Below are positions 21,470-31,495 of a DNA stretch of 64,000 nt, one piece after another. This stretch comes from Candidatus Latescibacterota bacterium. GTDB lineage: Bacteria > Latescibacterota > UBA2968 > GCA-2709665. Position 1 is the stretch's first letter. Every line of letters begins with the position of its first letter. Position numbers and translations under genes: made by a program. The notes beneath the pieces are model-generated. The model searched no databases. It was not told the DNA's origin and saw nothing but the letters and a program-made list of their open reading frames with translations. The stretch spans positions 640,001 through 704,000 of the forward strand of contig CAXXXF010000015.1 in the NCBI GenBank assembly GCA_963667175.2. The letters run 5' to 3'.

Positions 21470-21985
21470 GAAAGCGGTGAGACGGGAGAGGCCAGTCGGT
21501 AGACGAAACGACCCGCTGGTTCCGGTCTGCCTATAGCATCCTGACAGGGCGCCTGTCGGTGGAAAAACACCCACTGGAACGGCGTTCCGGGCGGTCCCAA
21601 ACTTCACATCTCTAATTTACTTTTTTTCTTCTTCGTCCTTATTTCTTGTCCGCGTAAGAAAAAGGACCAAAAAGAAGCGCGCCTGCCTGCCGAGCAGGCT
21701 TCGGCCTGTCTGCCGGCCAGGCAGGCCGCTCAAACGCCGCGGGGCCGGTTTTTCCGTGAACCACCTCAGTGGTAACAATGGAAATATGCTGCCCTGTCAC
21801 CGGACCAGCCCTGCCGGAACTATGTTGCTGGACGGACTTGCACGGAAAAACCCCCAGCCACACCACAGTACGCTTGATGGGGCCTCACAAGAAACCGTAC
21901 GCGGATGTTCCTGCGCGCTGGAGCGTTTAAAGACTCACCAACACCCCAACCAACCTACCCCCTATCCCCCTTCCCGGGGGGAGAG
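21470..21985 (+). repeat. Long intergenic repeat, copy 2
   Basis: Direct repeat of 17451-17925 with an extra CCTGCCTGCCGAGCAGGCTTCGG segment. Confidence 0.9.
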
Positions 21986-22217
21986 GTCTGCGTAAAACCG
22001 GTGAGACGTGAGACGCAAGACGGTAGAGGAAAACGTCACCACAGTGTTTTCACATTAACCGTTCCTGTTTTTTCCTTTATCGTAACGACGAGAAAAACTA
22101 TCGGGCACTCATATCGTCTCCCGTCTCCCCTCTCACCGCCTTTAGGGAATTTGGGGAGATGTGGACGTTGAATTTTATTCTTGGTTTTGATTCTAACTGA
22201 CGGCTGAATTCCGGTTT

Positions 22218-22242
22218 GTTGGGGCAACCCTTGTGGTTGCCC
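22218..22242 (+). repeat. REP-like palindrome
   Basis: GTTG-GGGCAACC-CTTGT-GGTTGCCC hairpin of the GTAG-REP type. Confidence 0.6.
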
Positions 22243-22345
22243 TCCTTTCGCGTGTTTCCGGGTTTCCTTTGTGTCTTTGTGTCTCCGTGTGAGCTGATTT
22301 TCGCTTCAAGCCGACTGCTGAACGCCGATGGCTGAAAGCTGCCTT

Positions 22346-23203
22346 TCAACCCGAAACGACCGGATTCTCGAGCCGGCCGATGCCGTCGACTTCGCATACG
22401 ACGCTGTCGCCTGCCTTGAGCCAGAGTTGGGGCTCCCGGGCCATGCCGACTCCCGGCGGCGTGCCCGTAAAGATCAGGTCTCCGGGCTGGAGGGTGACAA
22501 CCCGGGACAGGTACGCGATCAGCTGGTCGACCTTGAAAATCAACTGCGCGGTATTCGAGTCCTGTACGGTCTCGCCGTTCAGGATACAGCGAATGTCCAG
22601 GTTATGGGGATCGCCCGCCTCGTCGGGGGTGACAAGTTCCGGGCCCAGCGGCGCGAAGGTCTCGAAGGTTTTGCCCAGCAGCCATTGGCCGCCGGGTTTT
22701 TCCAGCTGAAAGTCGCGCGCGCTCACGTCGTGGCCCACCGTATAGCCCGCGACGTGGCGCATCGCGTCGGATTCCGGGATATCTTTTCCCGCCGTTCCGA
22801 TGACAACGACCAGTTCGACCTCATAGTCGATCGAACGGGTGATCGACGGCAGGCGGATCGCGTCGCCGGGTCCGATGATCGCAGAAGAGAACTTGGAAAA
22901 CACTACGGGCTCGGACGGGATGGGCATATTGCTTTCCGCGGCGTGGTCCGCGTAGTTGAGGCCGATGCAGAGGATCTTTTCCGGGTTCTGGATGGGCGCC
23001 ACCACGCGAACGGCGCCGGCATCGATGCCCTCGCCCCGCACTGCCGCCGCACCCGCTGCGGTCAGAGCAGCCGGCCCCGCCTCCAGCAGAGCGACCATGT
23101 CCGAAGGAACGCCGGGATCGACGCGGCTCACGTCCACGATCGTGTCTCCCGACCGGACGCCAACGCGTCGCGATCCCCGGTGTTCGAAAGTGAGCAATCG
23201 CAT
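22346..23203 (-). CDS. Fumarylacetoacetate hydrolase family protein
   Basis: KILCIGLNYADH, DYEVEL, HDVSARD, GKTFETFAPLGP, PGDLIFTGTP. Confidence 0.95.
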   Translation of the reverse strand: MRLLTFEHRGSRRVGVRSGDTIVDVSRVDPGVPSDMVALLEAGPAALTAAGAAAVRGEGIDAGAVRVVAPIQNPEKILCIGLNYADHAAESNMPIPSEPVVFSKFSSAIIGPGDAIRLPSITRSIDYEVELVVVIGTAGKDIPESDAMRHVAGYTVGHDVSARDFQLEKPGGQWLLGKTFETFAPLGPELVTPDEAGDPHNLDIRCILNGETVQDSNTAQLIFKVDQLIAYLSRVVTLQPGDLIFTGTPPGVGMAREPQLWLKAGDSVVCEVDGIGRLENPVVSG

Positions 23204-24275
23204 ATGACGGTTACCTTTCCTGAGTGGGATGGCGTTGTCCTGCGGGACAGCGCGCGAAGGATAACATGCCGGCCGAAACCTGTCAAGGGATAACAGTCCG
23301 TTGGAAAAGTCGCTCCGTTGGCGAGGCCACATGGGCCGGACGCCTGTCTGGGTGCGAACGCACAGGCAGGCAGCCCGGATGGACTTTATTGACGTGCTGA
23401 CAGGCGCGACGAGACGGGCCGTATCCGGTGTCCGAACGATAAGCAATCCACAATGTTGAAAACTCGAATGAAAACGACGTGGAGAGTTTAACGATTGTTT
23501 TTATTTTTGTTAAATGAAACAACCCACAGAATTTCACCACGTATGGTTGAGGTCTGTGGAAAACATGTGGAAGAATCCGGAGGCATTTCCAACCATCAGG
23601 CAAGGCACGGCCTTTCGCAAGTGACACGAGCCCGCGGCCCACGACGATCGTGAGCGGACCTGAAAGCGGTGAGACGTCAGACGTGAGACGGTAGATGACA
23701 TCCTTGCCTGGTTGGTTTCTCCTTTATGCCTGCGGCAAGAGATGATACCGAACATGGCAATAAAAGCAGTGAGACCTAAGACGGTAGATGAAAGACCTTG
23801 TCACCCAATGCGGCGCGAAGTCAAAAAGGGAAAGCGCCGGAACGCCATGTTAGACCATGTGGCCATGATCTTGAGATTTACACAACAGTGTTTCGAGGTT
23901 ACCCGTGCCGAGTTTTTCGCCCTCTTCGTTACGGCCAGGAAACCTGGCGGGCACTCATGTCCTCTACCCTCTCCCGTCTCACCGCCTTTCGGTTGTTTCC
24001 GGGACTCCTTTGTGTCTTCGTGTCTCCGTGTGAGCCGATTGTCGCTCTTGTTTCAAGCTGACCGCTGACGGCTGAATGCTGACAGCTGTTTTTTGCTGCT
24101 TCCCGACGCGCCCGCATTCCCTGTCAACCCGCGGGACCCGCTCCCTCCGAACCGGGTCCCGCGAACCAAATTTCCCTTGCTCCCCCCCTGCGATTATTCT
24201 ATATTTCGGAACATCTGCGATGGGCGTTTTCGCACCCTGAAAGGCAACAATCCGGGCAATGGAGAGTGCTGGCAC

Positions 24276-24857
24276 GTGATCGAGAAGGTAAAGGAAGACG
24301 TCGCCGAACTGCTCGAACCCTCCGCGCAGTTTCTGGTGAAAAAACGGTTCCGGCCGAACGCGCTGACCTTGGTCGGGTTTCTCCTGAACCTGGTCGCCGC
24401 GCTGCTCTTCGGGTTCGATTATATCCGGTGGGCAGGTCTTGTCGTGCTGCTCGCCGGCGTGTTCGATTTTCTGGATGGACAGGTGGCCCGCGTGGGGCGG
24501 AGCGAAACCACGTTCGGCGCCCTTCTCGACTCTACGGTAGACCGTTATTCAGAGATTTTCATCTGGTTTGGCATGGCGGTCAGCTTCATCAGGTCGGACT
24601 CCCTTTGGACCACGTCCGCCGTGTTTTTCGCGCTTGCCGGCTCGTTGATGGTGAGCTATATCCGGGCGCGCGTAGAGGGTCTGGGCGAAGAATGCAAGGT
24701 CGGTTTCATGCAACGGCCCGAAAGGGTAATCGCCATTGGCGTGGGGGCGCTGGTGGGCGAAATCGGGCTTACGGTAGCGATCTGGGCGATTGCGTTTCTG
24801 GCGAACTACACCGCGTTGCACAGGGTTTTGTATTTCCGCAAGCGGTCCCGGAATTGA
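24276..24857 (+). CDS. CDP-alcohol phosphatidyltransferase family protein
   Basis: PNALT and the family signature DFLDGQVAR...FGALLDSTVDR; SYIRAR. Confidence 0.93.
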   Translation: MIEKVKEDVAELLEPSAQFLVKKRFRPNALTLVGFLLNLVAALLFGFDYIRWAGLVVLLAGVFDFLDGQVARVGRSETTFGALLDSTVDRYSEIFIWFGMAVSFIRSDSLWTTSAVFFALAGSLMVSYIRARVEGLGEECKVGFMQRPERVIAIGVGALVGEIGLTVAIWAIAFLANYTALHRVLYFRKRSRN

Positions 24858-24914
24858 ACCAATGGCCGGCAGGACTCGCCTGAACTGAAAGCAAGCCAGA
24901 GGAGCCGCGAGGAT

Positions 24915-24941
24915 AAGGGCGCACAGGGGTGCGCCTTTTTT
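24915..24941 (+). terminator. Intrinsic terminator
   Basis: GGCGCAC-AGGG-GTGCGCC followed by TTTTTT. Confidence 0.7.
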
Positions 24942-24972
24942 GTGGACGTCTGCCAGGGGATGGAGGCACGGG

Positions 24973-25836
24973 TTGGCGCCGCTGGACGAACGAAGGAACC
25001 TTGCTTTCTTTACTGACCTGGACGGGACGCTGCTGCAAAGCGATCGAAGGGCAAGCGCCAGAAGCCTTGACGCGCTGAATACGCTGGGGAGAAAGAAAAT
25101 CTGCCGGGTCGTGGTCACCGGCCGATCGCACATGTCCGCAAGCACCGTCTTGCCCGATACCTTTCCGATCGATTATCTGATTACCTCGTCGGGGGTCGGT
25201 ATATTCGATTTCCGGGATCAGACGCTGGTGGAGTCCCACTCCCTTTCGAACGGCGTTGTGCGCCGCGTGACGGGATATCTCATCGACAGGGGATTCGACT
25301 TCATGGTTCACGCGCCGGTTCCGGAGAACCATACCTTCGAGTACTGGGAACAGAACGAAGACAATCCCGATTTCTTGCGACGGCGTCAAAACAACGCTGA
25401 ACACTGTCGCCCCTTGAATCCCGGCCTCCCGGGAAACGGCCGGGCCTCTCAATTTCTGGTGGTCTGTCCCGTTGAAGCGGACCCCTGGCGCACGCATAAC
25501 GGGCTCTGTAACGACCTGAAAGACCTGTCTGTGATTCGGACCACGTCGCCTTCGGACCATCGGTCCACGTGGTTCGAGATCTTTCCGCGGCAGGTTTCCA
25601 AGGCCCGGTCCGCCGCCCGGTTGTGCGAGCGGCTGGGTGCGGACGCGGCACGTTCCGCGGCTGTGGGCAACGACTACAACGACCTGGATATGTTACAATG
25701 GTGCGGGTTTCCGTATGTCGTCCGGAACGCGCCGGAACCCTTGAGAACACGGTTCCCGGTGGTTTCCAACCACAACGCGGACGGGTTTTCCGAGGCGGTC
25801 CGGAGGTGGCTCCGAGAGATTGAGACGTCCACATAG
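24973..25836 (+). CDS. Cof-type HAD-IIB family hydrolase
   Basis: TDLDGTLL, VTGR, SK, GNDYNDLDML; GGAGG RBS before a TTG start. Confidence 0.9.
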   Translation: MAPLDERRNLAFFTDLDGTLLQSDRRASARSLDALNTLGRKKICRVVVTGRSHMSASTVLPDTFPIDYLITSSGVGIFDFRDQTLVESHSLSNGVVRRVTGYLIDRGFDFMVHAPVPENHTFEYWEQNEDNPDFLRRRQNNAEHCRPLNPGLPGNGRASQFLVVCPVEADPWRTHNGLCNDLKDLSVIRTTSPSDHRSTWFEIFPRQVSKARSAARLCERLGADAARSAAVGNDYNDLDMLQWCGFPYVVRNAPEPLRTRFPVVSNHNADGFSEAVRRWLREIETST

Positions 25837-25849
25837 AAGAGGACGTACC

Positions 25850-28183
25850 ATGCCTTTAGAACTTACCGAAGCCGACCTGGCCGACGCATTGCCGGATGTG
25901 ACCGCCACGCTGCGCCTGCCCGGCCTGATCGACAGCGTCGCCATCTATCGCGACCGGTGGGGCATTCCCCACGTCCAGGCGGAGAACGAGCACGATCTCT
26001 TCTTTGCCCAGGGTTTCGCCACGGCCCAGGACCGGCTCTGGCAGATGGACTACGACCGGCGCCGGGCCCAGGGGCGCTGGGCGGAAATCGCCGGCCCGGA
26101 TGGCGTGGATCAGGACCGGCTGTTGCGAGCCGCGGGAATGGGACGCACGGCCAGGCTGGACTACGAGGCGGCCGGCGCGGAGGCGAGGGCGATGGTGGAT
26201 GCGTATACAGCGGGCGTGAACGCGTTCATGGACACGTCGCCGGCGTACCCGGTCGAATATAAGCTCCTGGACAGTACCCCCGAACGCTGGGAGAACTGGC
26301 ACTGTATTGCCGTCTACAAGATGCGCAATACGTTGTTGGGGACGTTCGAGCCGAAACTCTTCCGAACCCGCCTGGCGCTCACCATCGGTCCCGAGAACGC
26401 GGCGCGCCTGATCAAAGGGTATCCCGGCGGCCACCTGCTCACCGTGCCCCCCGGCGAGGTGTATCGGGGACCCGGTGTCGACGGCCTGGAGGATCTCGGC
26501 AGGGCGCTCGATGACCTCAACTGGCTGAAGGAGGCGGACGCGGGTTCCAACGCATGGTCGGTATCGGGCGCGCTGACCCGGTCCGGGTTGCCGCTGATGG
26601 GGGGAGACTCCCACCGGGCGCTGGATACGCCGAGCGTCTACTATCAGGCCCATCTTACCTGTCCCGACCTTTCGATTATCGGCTACTCGGTTCCCGGGAT
26701 GCCTGGAATCCTGCACTTCTGCCACAACGCGCACGTGGGCTGGGGGATGACCTATGGAAATGCGGATACACAGGACCTGTTCGTGGAGCGATTCCGCGAC
26801 AGCGACGGCGGACGGGAGTATGCGTTCGGGGACACGTGGAGAAAGGCCGAAGTCCTGCACGAGACGATCGCGGTCCGGAACGCGGAGCCGGTTGGGATCG
26901 AAGTCACCATCACGCATCATGGCCCGGTCATCACGGGCGATCCCTCCGCGGGGTATGGAATCGCAATCAGCGATCCGGGTCTGATTCAGGGCACGCCATG
27001 GCTGGACGCCGCCCGCGACGCGATGCGCGCGGCCAGCGTTCAGGAACTGCACGATGCATTCAGGAACTGGACCGACCGCGTCAACAACTATGCAGTTGTG
27101 GACGTCCATGGAGACTTCGGATATCTGCACGAGGGCAAGATTCCCATTCGCGCGGAGGCCAACGGATGGCGGGTTGTGCCGGGGTGGACCGGGGAATACG
27201 AGTGGCAGGGTTATATCCCTCAGGACGACCTGCCCCGGGCGATCCGTCCGCGGGCCGGGTACGCGGTGACGTGCAACCAGCGCGTTGCCGGACATGACTA
27301 TCCGTATTACGTGGGGCTGTGCTTCAGCCCTGAATATCGGGCACGGCGGATTCAACTGGATATTCTGGACCTGGATCCGGGGACGGCGACCGTGGACGAT
27401 ATGGCAAGCATGCACGCCGACCGGACCTCCATTCCCGCGCGTATTTTCACAGAAGCGCTCCTCAAGATAAGGGCGCCGGACGAAGCGTCCGGCCGGGCCC
27501 TGGCGCTCCTGCGCGGGTGGGACCATCGCATGGATCGCGACCTTCCGCAGCCGACGATCTACTCGCAGACCCGTCTGCGCGCCACCCGGGCGCTGGCGGA
27601 ACACCTGCTGGGCGATATGGCGGCGCCGGCGCTGGAGGGGGCTTCAGGAGCGGAAGCGCACCTCCGTCTGATCGTTCTGGAGATGACCCTGGGGCTCGAG
27701 CGCGGCGACGAATCGATGTTGCCGGTCGGGTGCGCCTGGGACGATCTGTTGGCGGAGAGCCTGAAGCGGGCCGTCGCGGACCTCGAGGACCGGCTCGGCG
27801 GAGACATGGCGGAATGGCGGTGGGGCCGCGTCCACCATACACGGCCGAGACACCCTCTCTCTCGCGTTTTTCCGGAATGCGCAAGGCTTCTGGATCCGCC
27901 AGGCCTGCCGACGCACGGAGACGGAGACGTGCCGCTTGCCGGCGGCTATGACGTAAGTGAGCCCTTCGTCGCGACGGGCATGTCGGTCAACCGATACATT
28001 CACGACCCGTCGGACTGGAGCAACTCCCGGTGGATTGTGCCGCTTGGGGCTTCGGGGCATCCCGGCAGCGCTCATTATGCGGACCAGGCGCAACTCTGGG
28101 CCGACGTGGGGTATATCCCGCAACTGTGGGACTGGGAGACCATCGTCTCTGAGGCGGAGACACGACAGCGCCTGGAGCCGTAG
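25850..28183 (+). CDS. Penicillin acylase family (Ntn) hydrolase
   Basis: RDRWGIPH, QGFATAQDRLWQMD, GSNAW nucleophile, HGPVI, GASGHPGSAHYADQ. No signal peptide evident. Confidence 0.93.
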   Translation: MPLELTEADLADALPDVTATLRLPGLIDSVAIYRDRWGIPHVQAENEHDLFFAQGFATAQDRLWQMDYDRRRAQGRWAEIAGPDGVDQDRLLRAAGMGRTARLDYEAAGAEARAMVDAYTAGVNAFMDTSPAYPVEYKLLDSTPERWENWHCIAVYKMRNTLLGTFEPKLFRTRLALTIGPENAARLIKGYPGGHLLTVPPGEVYRGPGVDGLEDLGRALDDLNWLKEADAGSNAWSVSGALTRSGLPLMGGDSHRALDTPSVYYQAHLTCPDLSIIGYSVPGMPGILHFCHNAHVGWGMTYGNADTQDLFVERFRDSDGGREYAFGDTWRKAEVLHETIAVRNAEPVGIEVTITHHGPVITGDPSAGYGIAISDPGLIQGTPWLDAARDAMRAASVQELHDAFRNWTDRVNNYAVVDVHGDFGYLHEGKIPIRAEANGWRVVPGWTGEYEWQGYIPQDDLPRAIRPRAGYAVTCNQRVAGHDYPYYVGLCFSPEYRARRIQLDILDLDPGTATVDDMASMHADRTSIPARIFTEALLKIRAPDEASGRALALLRGWDHRMDRDLPQPTIYSQTRLRATRALAEHLLGDMAAPALEGASGAEAHLRLIVLEMTLGLERGDESMLPVGCAWDDLLAESLKRAVADLEDRLGGDMAEWRWGRVHHTRPRHPLSRVFPECARLLDPPGLPTHGDGDVPLAGGYDVSEPFVATGMSVNRYIHDPSDWSNSRWIVPLGASGHPGSAHYADQAQLWADVGYIPQLWDWETIVSEAETRQRLEP

Positions 28184-28361
28184 GCCGGTGTCATCACCGC
28201 TGGTCGGGGCCGGGGGGAGAGGTTGCTTCTGCCTGATTGCAGCCAGGTTCTCTTTGTGTCTTCGTGTCTTTGTGTGAGCCGATTGTGATTTTCGCTCTGC
28301 GCTGACGGCTGATAGCTGACAGCTGTTTTGGCTGATGACTGCCCGCGAGAGGAGAGTTGGA

Positions 28362-28697
28362 ATGGTACAGATTGTCAAACCCGACCAGAGGGACATGAAA
28401 CGGTACGATGCGCCGGGCGCAAAGGTACAGGTGTCCGACCCCATTCTTGGGAAGGACGACTGCCTTGCGGCGGGATTCACGGAATATCTCGCACCCAGCC
28501 GTCTGGAGTGGACGTTCGATTACAACGAGGTCTTCTTCATGCTGGAAGGCGCGCTGGAAGTTCACGCGGAGGGACAGGCGCCGGTGTCTTTCGAGGTCGG
28601 CGATCTGGGCTATATCGAAAAGGACACGACCACGCTAATAACGGTATCGGAGGGTGCGCTGCTGTTGCACGTGACGCAGCCGGCGTGGCGGGAATGA
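28362..28697 (+). CDS. EutQ-like cupin domain protein
   Basis: LAAGF...WTFDYNEVFFMLEG...GDLGYI...TQPAW. Confidence 0.8.
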   Translation: MVQIVKPDQRDMKRYDAPGAKVQVSDPILGKDDCLAAGFTEYLAPSRLEWTFDYNEVFFMLEGALEVHAEGQAPVSFEVGDLGYIEKDTTTLITVSEGALLLHVTQPAWRE

Positions 28698-28724
28698 AGG
28701 AGGACCGGACGCCGCGGGAAGAGT

Positions 28725-29786
28725 TCAATTGAACGCGGGCGCGACGTGTTCGGAGAACATGCGCAGAGACCTGCAGACCAGGTCGGGATGCAGGTCGCCG
28801 ATGCGGGTCCACCCCATAAAGTTCTGCAGTCCCGTGTGTTTCCGGATCCAACTGATTTTGTCGGCGGCAAAGTCGGGATCGCCCACGATGGCGTGTTCCG
28901 CCAGGATTTCGTCGAAGCTGATGTTGGAGAACTTCTGTTTCAGCTCCTGATAGAATTCCATCTGTCCGGGTGGCGCGATTTCCGGCGGGGGCGCGATCAC
29001 CTCGGCCAGCAGGGTGCGGAAGTACCACATGAGCTGGTCGTGACATTCCTCGCGGGCCTTTTCGGTCGTTTCGGCAACGTACAGAAACCTCGCCAGGGGG
29101 AAGTCCAGCTTGCCCGACATCCCGCACGCATCGGCCGTTTTGTGGTACGCCTCGTAGAGTTCAAACACCTGCTCGTAGGGGTGCAGGAACGAAGTCAGGA
29201 CGTTATAGCCGTTCTTGATGACCCACTCATAGGTCGAAGGACTCACCGCCGCCACGTAAACCGGCGGGTGCGGCTGTTGTATGGGTTTCGGGATCACGTT
29301 GACCTTTCGGACCTTGTGGAACTTGCCGTCGTATTCCACGGGTCCCGTCCAGGCCTTCAGGATGATTTCGAGCTCTTCCTGAAAGCGGTCCCGGCTTTCC
29401 TCCAAGTCGATTCCCCAGTTGTGAAATTCCTCGAGCTGATAGCCTCGCCCCACGCCGAAGAGGAGCCTTCCCCTTGACATGATATCCACGGTGGCGAAAT
29501 CTTCCGCCACAATGACCGGGTTGTGGAAGGGCAGCACGACGACCGCGGTGCCGATTTTAATGCGTTCGGTAATGGCCGACGCGTACGCGGCCATCGTATG
29601 GATGGACGGGGTGATCGAGTAATAATTCGCGCCCGGCGATTTGTGGTCGAAGTGATGCTCGGCCAGCCAGATGGCGTCCCAGCCGGTCTCGTCCATGAGC
29701 TTGAACTGTTCGAATGCTTCGTGGTAGACTTGGGCGTGATTCTTGCCGGGCGGGGTCTCCAGCAGATAGAATTGGCCGAATTGCAT
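28725..29786 (-). CDS. Luciferase-like (LLM class) flavin-dependent oxidoreductase
   Basis: WLAEHHF, AEDFATVDIMSRGRL, GVGRGY, PKPIQQPHPP. Confidence 0.93.
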   Translation of the reverse strand: MQFGQFYLLETPPGKNHAQVYHEAFEQFKLMDETGWDAIWLAEHHFDHKSPGANYYSITPSIHTMAAYASAITERIKIGTAVVVLPFHNPVIVAEDFATVDIMSRGRLLFGVGRGYQLEEFHNWGIDLEESRDRFQEELEIILKAWTGPVEYDGKFHKVRKVNVIPKPIQQPHPPVYVAAVSPSTYEWVIKNGYNVLTSFLHPYEQVFELYEAYHKTADACGMSGKLDFPLARFLYVAETTEKAREECHDQLMWYFRTLLAEVIAPPPEIAPPGQMEFYQELKQKFSNISFDEILAEHAIVGDPDFAADKISWIRKHTGLQNFMGWTRIGDLHPDLVCRSLRMFSEHVAPAFN

Positions 29787-30062
29787 CGGGAGTCTCCTGA
29801 ATGTATGGAACGAGGCGCCGTTTTCGGGCTGTTAAGGTATGGATCGAAGGGATGATGTCAAGCGGTTTTGCGGGTCGACGTCGCGGGCGGAATCGCCATT
29901 GGCGGAAGCGCCGCCGACTCCGTGTCCGCCGGCTGCGGAGGGATTCCACAATGGACCACGGAGGATCGGGAAATGACGCCCAATCGAATTGAACGCTGCC
30001 TGCCGTCGCGGCTATTCCGGGAGATCTCCCGGTATGCCCGCCTCCGCATCGCGACACGGGAC

Positions 30063-30091
30063 TTGAAAACCGGGTCCTTCTTTGCTATCTT
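30063..30091 (+). promoter_or_regulatory. Sigma70-type promoter
   Basis: TTGAAA-17 nt-TATCTT with an extended -10 TG. Confidence 0.5.
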
Positions 30092-30218
30092 GGGATACGG
30101 CGAGATGGAAATGGTCAGACGTATGAAACAGCGGCGGTCCCCTCGCCCGAACCTGTCGTTTCTCCCCCCGGGGCGAAGAGAGAAGGCGACCGCAGACCGC
30201 CGATCGCCGGTTTGAATT

Positions 30219-31199
30219 ATGGACATCAAGAGCGACCCACCGGCCGGACCCGGCACATCAACGCGTGGAACGGTTGACGTTTCCCTCGTGATTCCGCTAC
30301 TGAACGAAGCGGACAGCCTTCGGCCGCTGATGGAAAAGATCGGAAAGACCCTGGCCGCAACCGGGCTCCGTTTCGAAGTGATTTTCGTAGACGATGGCAG
30401 TACCGATGGCTCGATCGCGGTACTGGAGGAACTCCACGGCGTCCACGACGAAGTCCGGATCATTCAGTTTCGCCGCAACTTCGGCAAAGCCGCGGCGTAC
30501 GCCGCGGGATTCGACGTGGCGGCGGGCCGGACGATCATCACGATGGATGCCGACCTTCAGGACGATCCGGCGGAAATCCCTCGTCTGATCGAAGAAATCG
30601 AAAGTGGTCTCGACCTGGTTACCGGGTGGAAGAAGAAGCGCTTCGATCCCCTCAGCAAGACCATCCCGTCCAGGTTCTTCAACTGGGTCACCGGCCGGAT
30701 TTCGGGCATTCCGATACACGATTTCAATTGCGGCCTGAAAGCGTTCCGCCGTGAGGTCGTGGGCGACATCAAGATATACGGCGAACTCCATCGATACATT
30801 CCAGTCCTTGCCCACGTGGAAGGCTATCGCATCGGAGAAGTCGTCGTACAGCATCGCCCCCGCCGCTTCGGCGTCACCAAATACGGATGGACGCGTCTGC
30901 TGAAGGGCTTCTTCGATCTGCTTACCGTCATGTACCTGGGGCGGTACATCGGACGTCCGTTACACCTGTTCGGCACGATAGGCGTCATTCTGAGCGCGTT
31001 GGGCGTTGTGATCAACGCCTTTATCGCATATCTGTGGTTCAGCACCGGAAGCATTCAGAACCGCCACCCGCTTCTTTTCCTTGGAATCCTGCTTTCCGTG
31101 CTGGGTGTGCAGTTCGTGTGTACCGGCCTCCTGGCCGATATGATCACGCGGCAGACGCTTCTCCACGAGAAATACAACATCCGAAGAATTCTCAAGTAG
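30219..31199 (+). CDS. Glycosyltransferase family 2 (ArnC/polyprenol-phosphate glycosyltransferase type)
   Basis: VDDGSTD, RNFGK, MDADLQDDP, DFNCGLK, ELHRYIP, two C-terminal TMs. Confidence 0.93.
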   Translation: MDIKSDPPAGPGTSTRGTVDVSLVIPLLNEADSLRPLMEKIGKTLAATGLRFEVIFVDDGSTDGSIAVLEELHGVHDEVRIIQFRRNFGKAAAYAAGFDVAAGRTIITMDADLQDDPAEIPRLIEEIESGLDLVTGWKKKRFDPLSKTIPSRFFNWVTGRISGIPIHDFNCGLKAFRREVVGDIKIYGELHRYIPVLAHVEGYRIGEVVVQHRPRRFGVTKYGWTRLLKGFFDLLTVMYLGRYIGRPLHLFGTIGVILSALGVVINAFIAYLWFSTGSIQNRHPLLFLGILLSVLGVQFVCTGLLADMITRQTLLHEKYNIRRILK

Positions 31200-31242
31200 C
31201 GCCTCCGTTCTCGCCCGGAACTCCAGGGCATGGAGACAGGCA

Positions 31243-31278
31243 CAAAAAAGCGACAGACCCCATTTGATGATCTGTCGC
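31243..31278 (-). terminator. Intrinsic terminator downstream of a small ORF
   Basis: GCGACAGA...TCTGTCGC hairpin followed by TTTTTT on the minus strand. Confidence 0.6.
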
Positions 31279-31324
31279 GAACGCACAAACGAAGTCGTCA
31301 CGTCACGGGTGTTGGCGCCGTGGC

Positions 31325-31495
31325 TCAAAAGGCCATCGGCATTCCGCGGACCTGCGGGCGGCCCAACACGGCCTGATCGTGCCGGCGTACCACGCGCCTG
31401 AGCTGCTCGGAGCGCGTCTCGTTTCCCTTGATCGCATAATAAAGCGCCAGAAACGCCAGGCGATCGCGCGGATTCAGTGCTGTTTTGAGAGCCAT
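31325..31495 (-). CDS. Small hypothetical protein (56 aa)
   Basis: MALKTALNPRDRLAFLALYYAIKGNETRSEQLRRVV...; GAGG RBS, AT-rich upstream region, downstream terminator. Confidence 0.5.
   Translation of the reverse strand: MALKTALNPRDRLAFLALYYAIKGNETRSEQLRRVVRRHDQAVLGRPQVRGMPMAF

Noticed and set aside
25856-27604. 582-aa minus-strand ORF
   Set aside because: Shadow of the penicillin acylase gene.
17451-28340. Short repeats as a CRISPR array
   Set aside because: Units are 7-8-nt tandem microrepeats or dispersed modules with no constant repeat/unique spacer periodicity; no cas genes.
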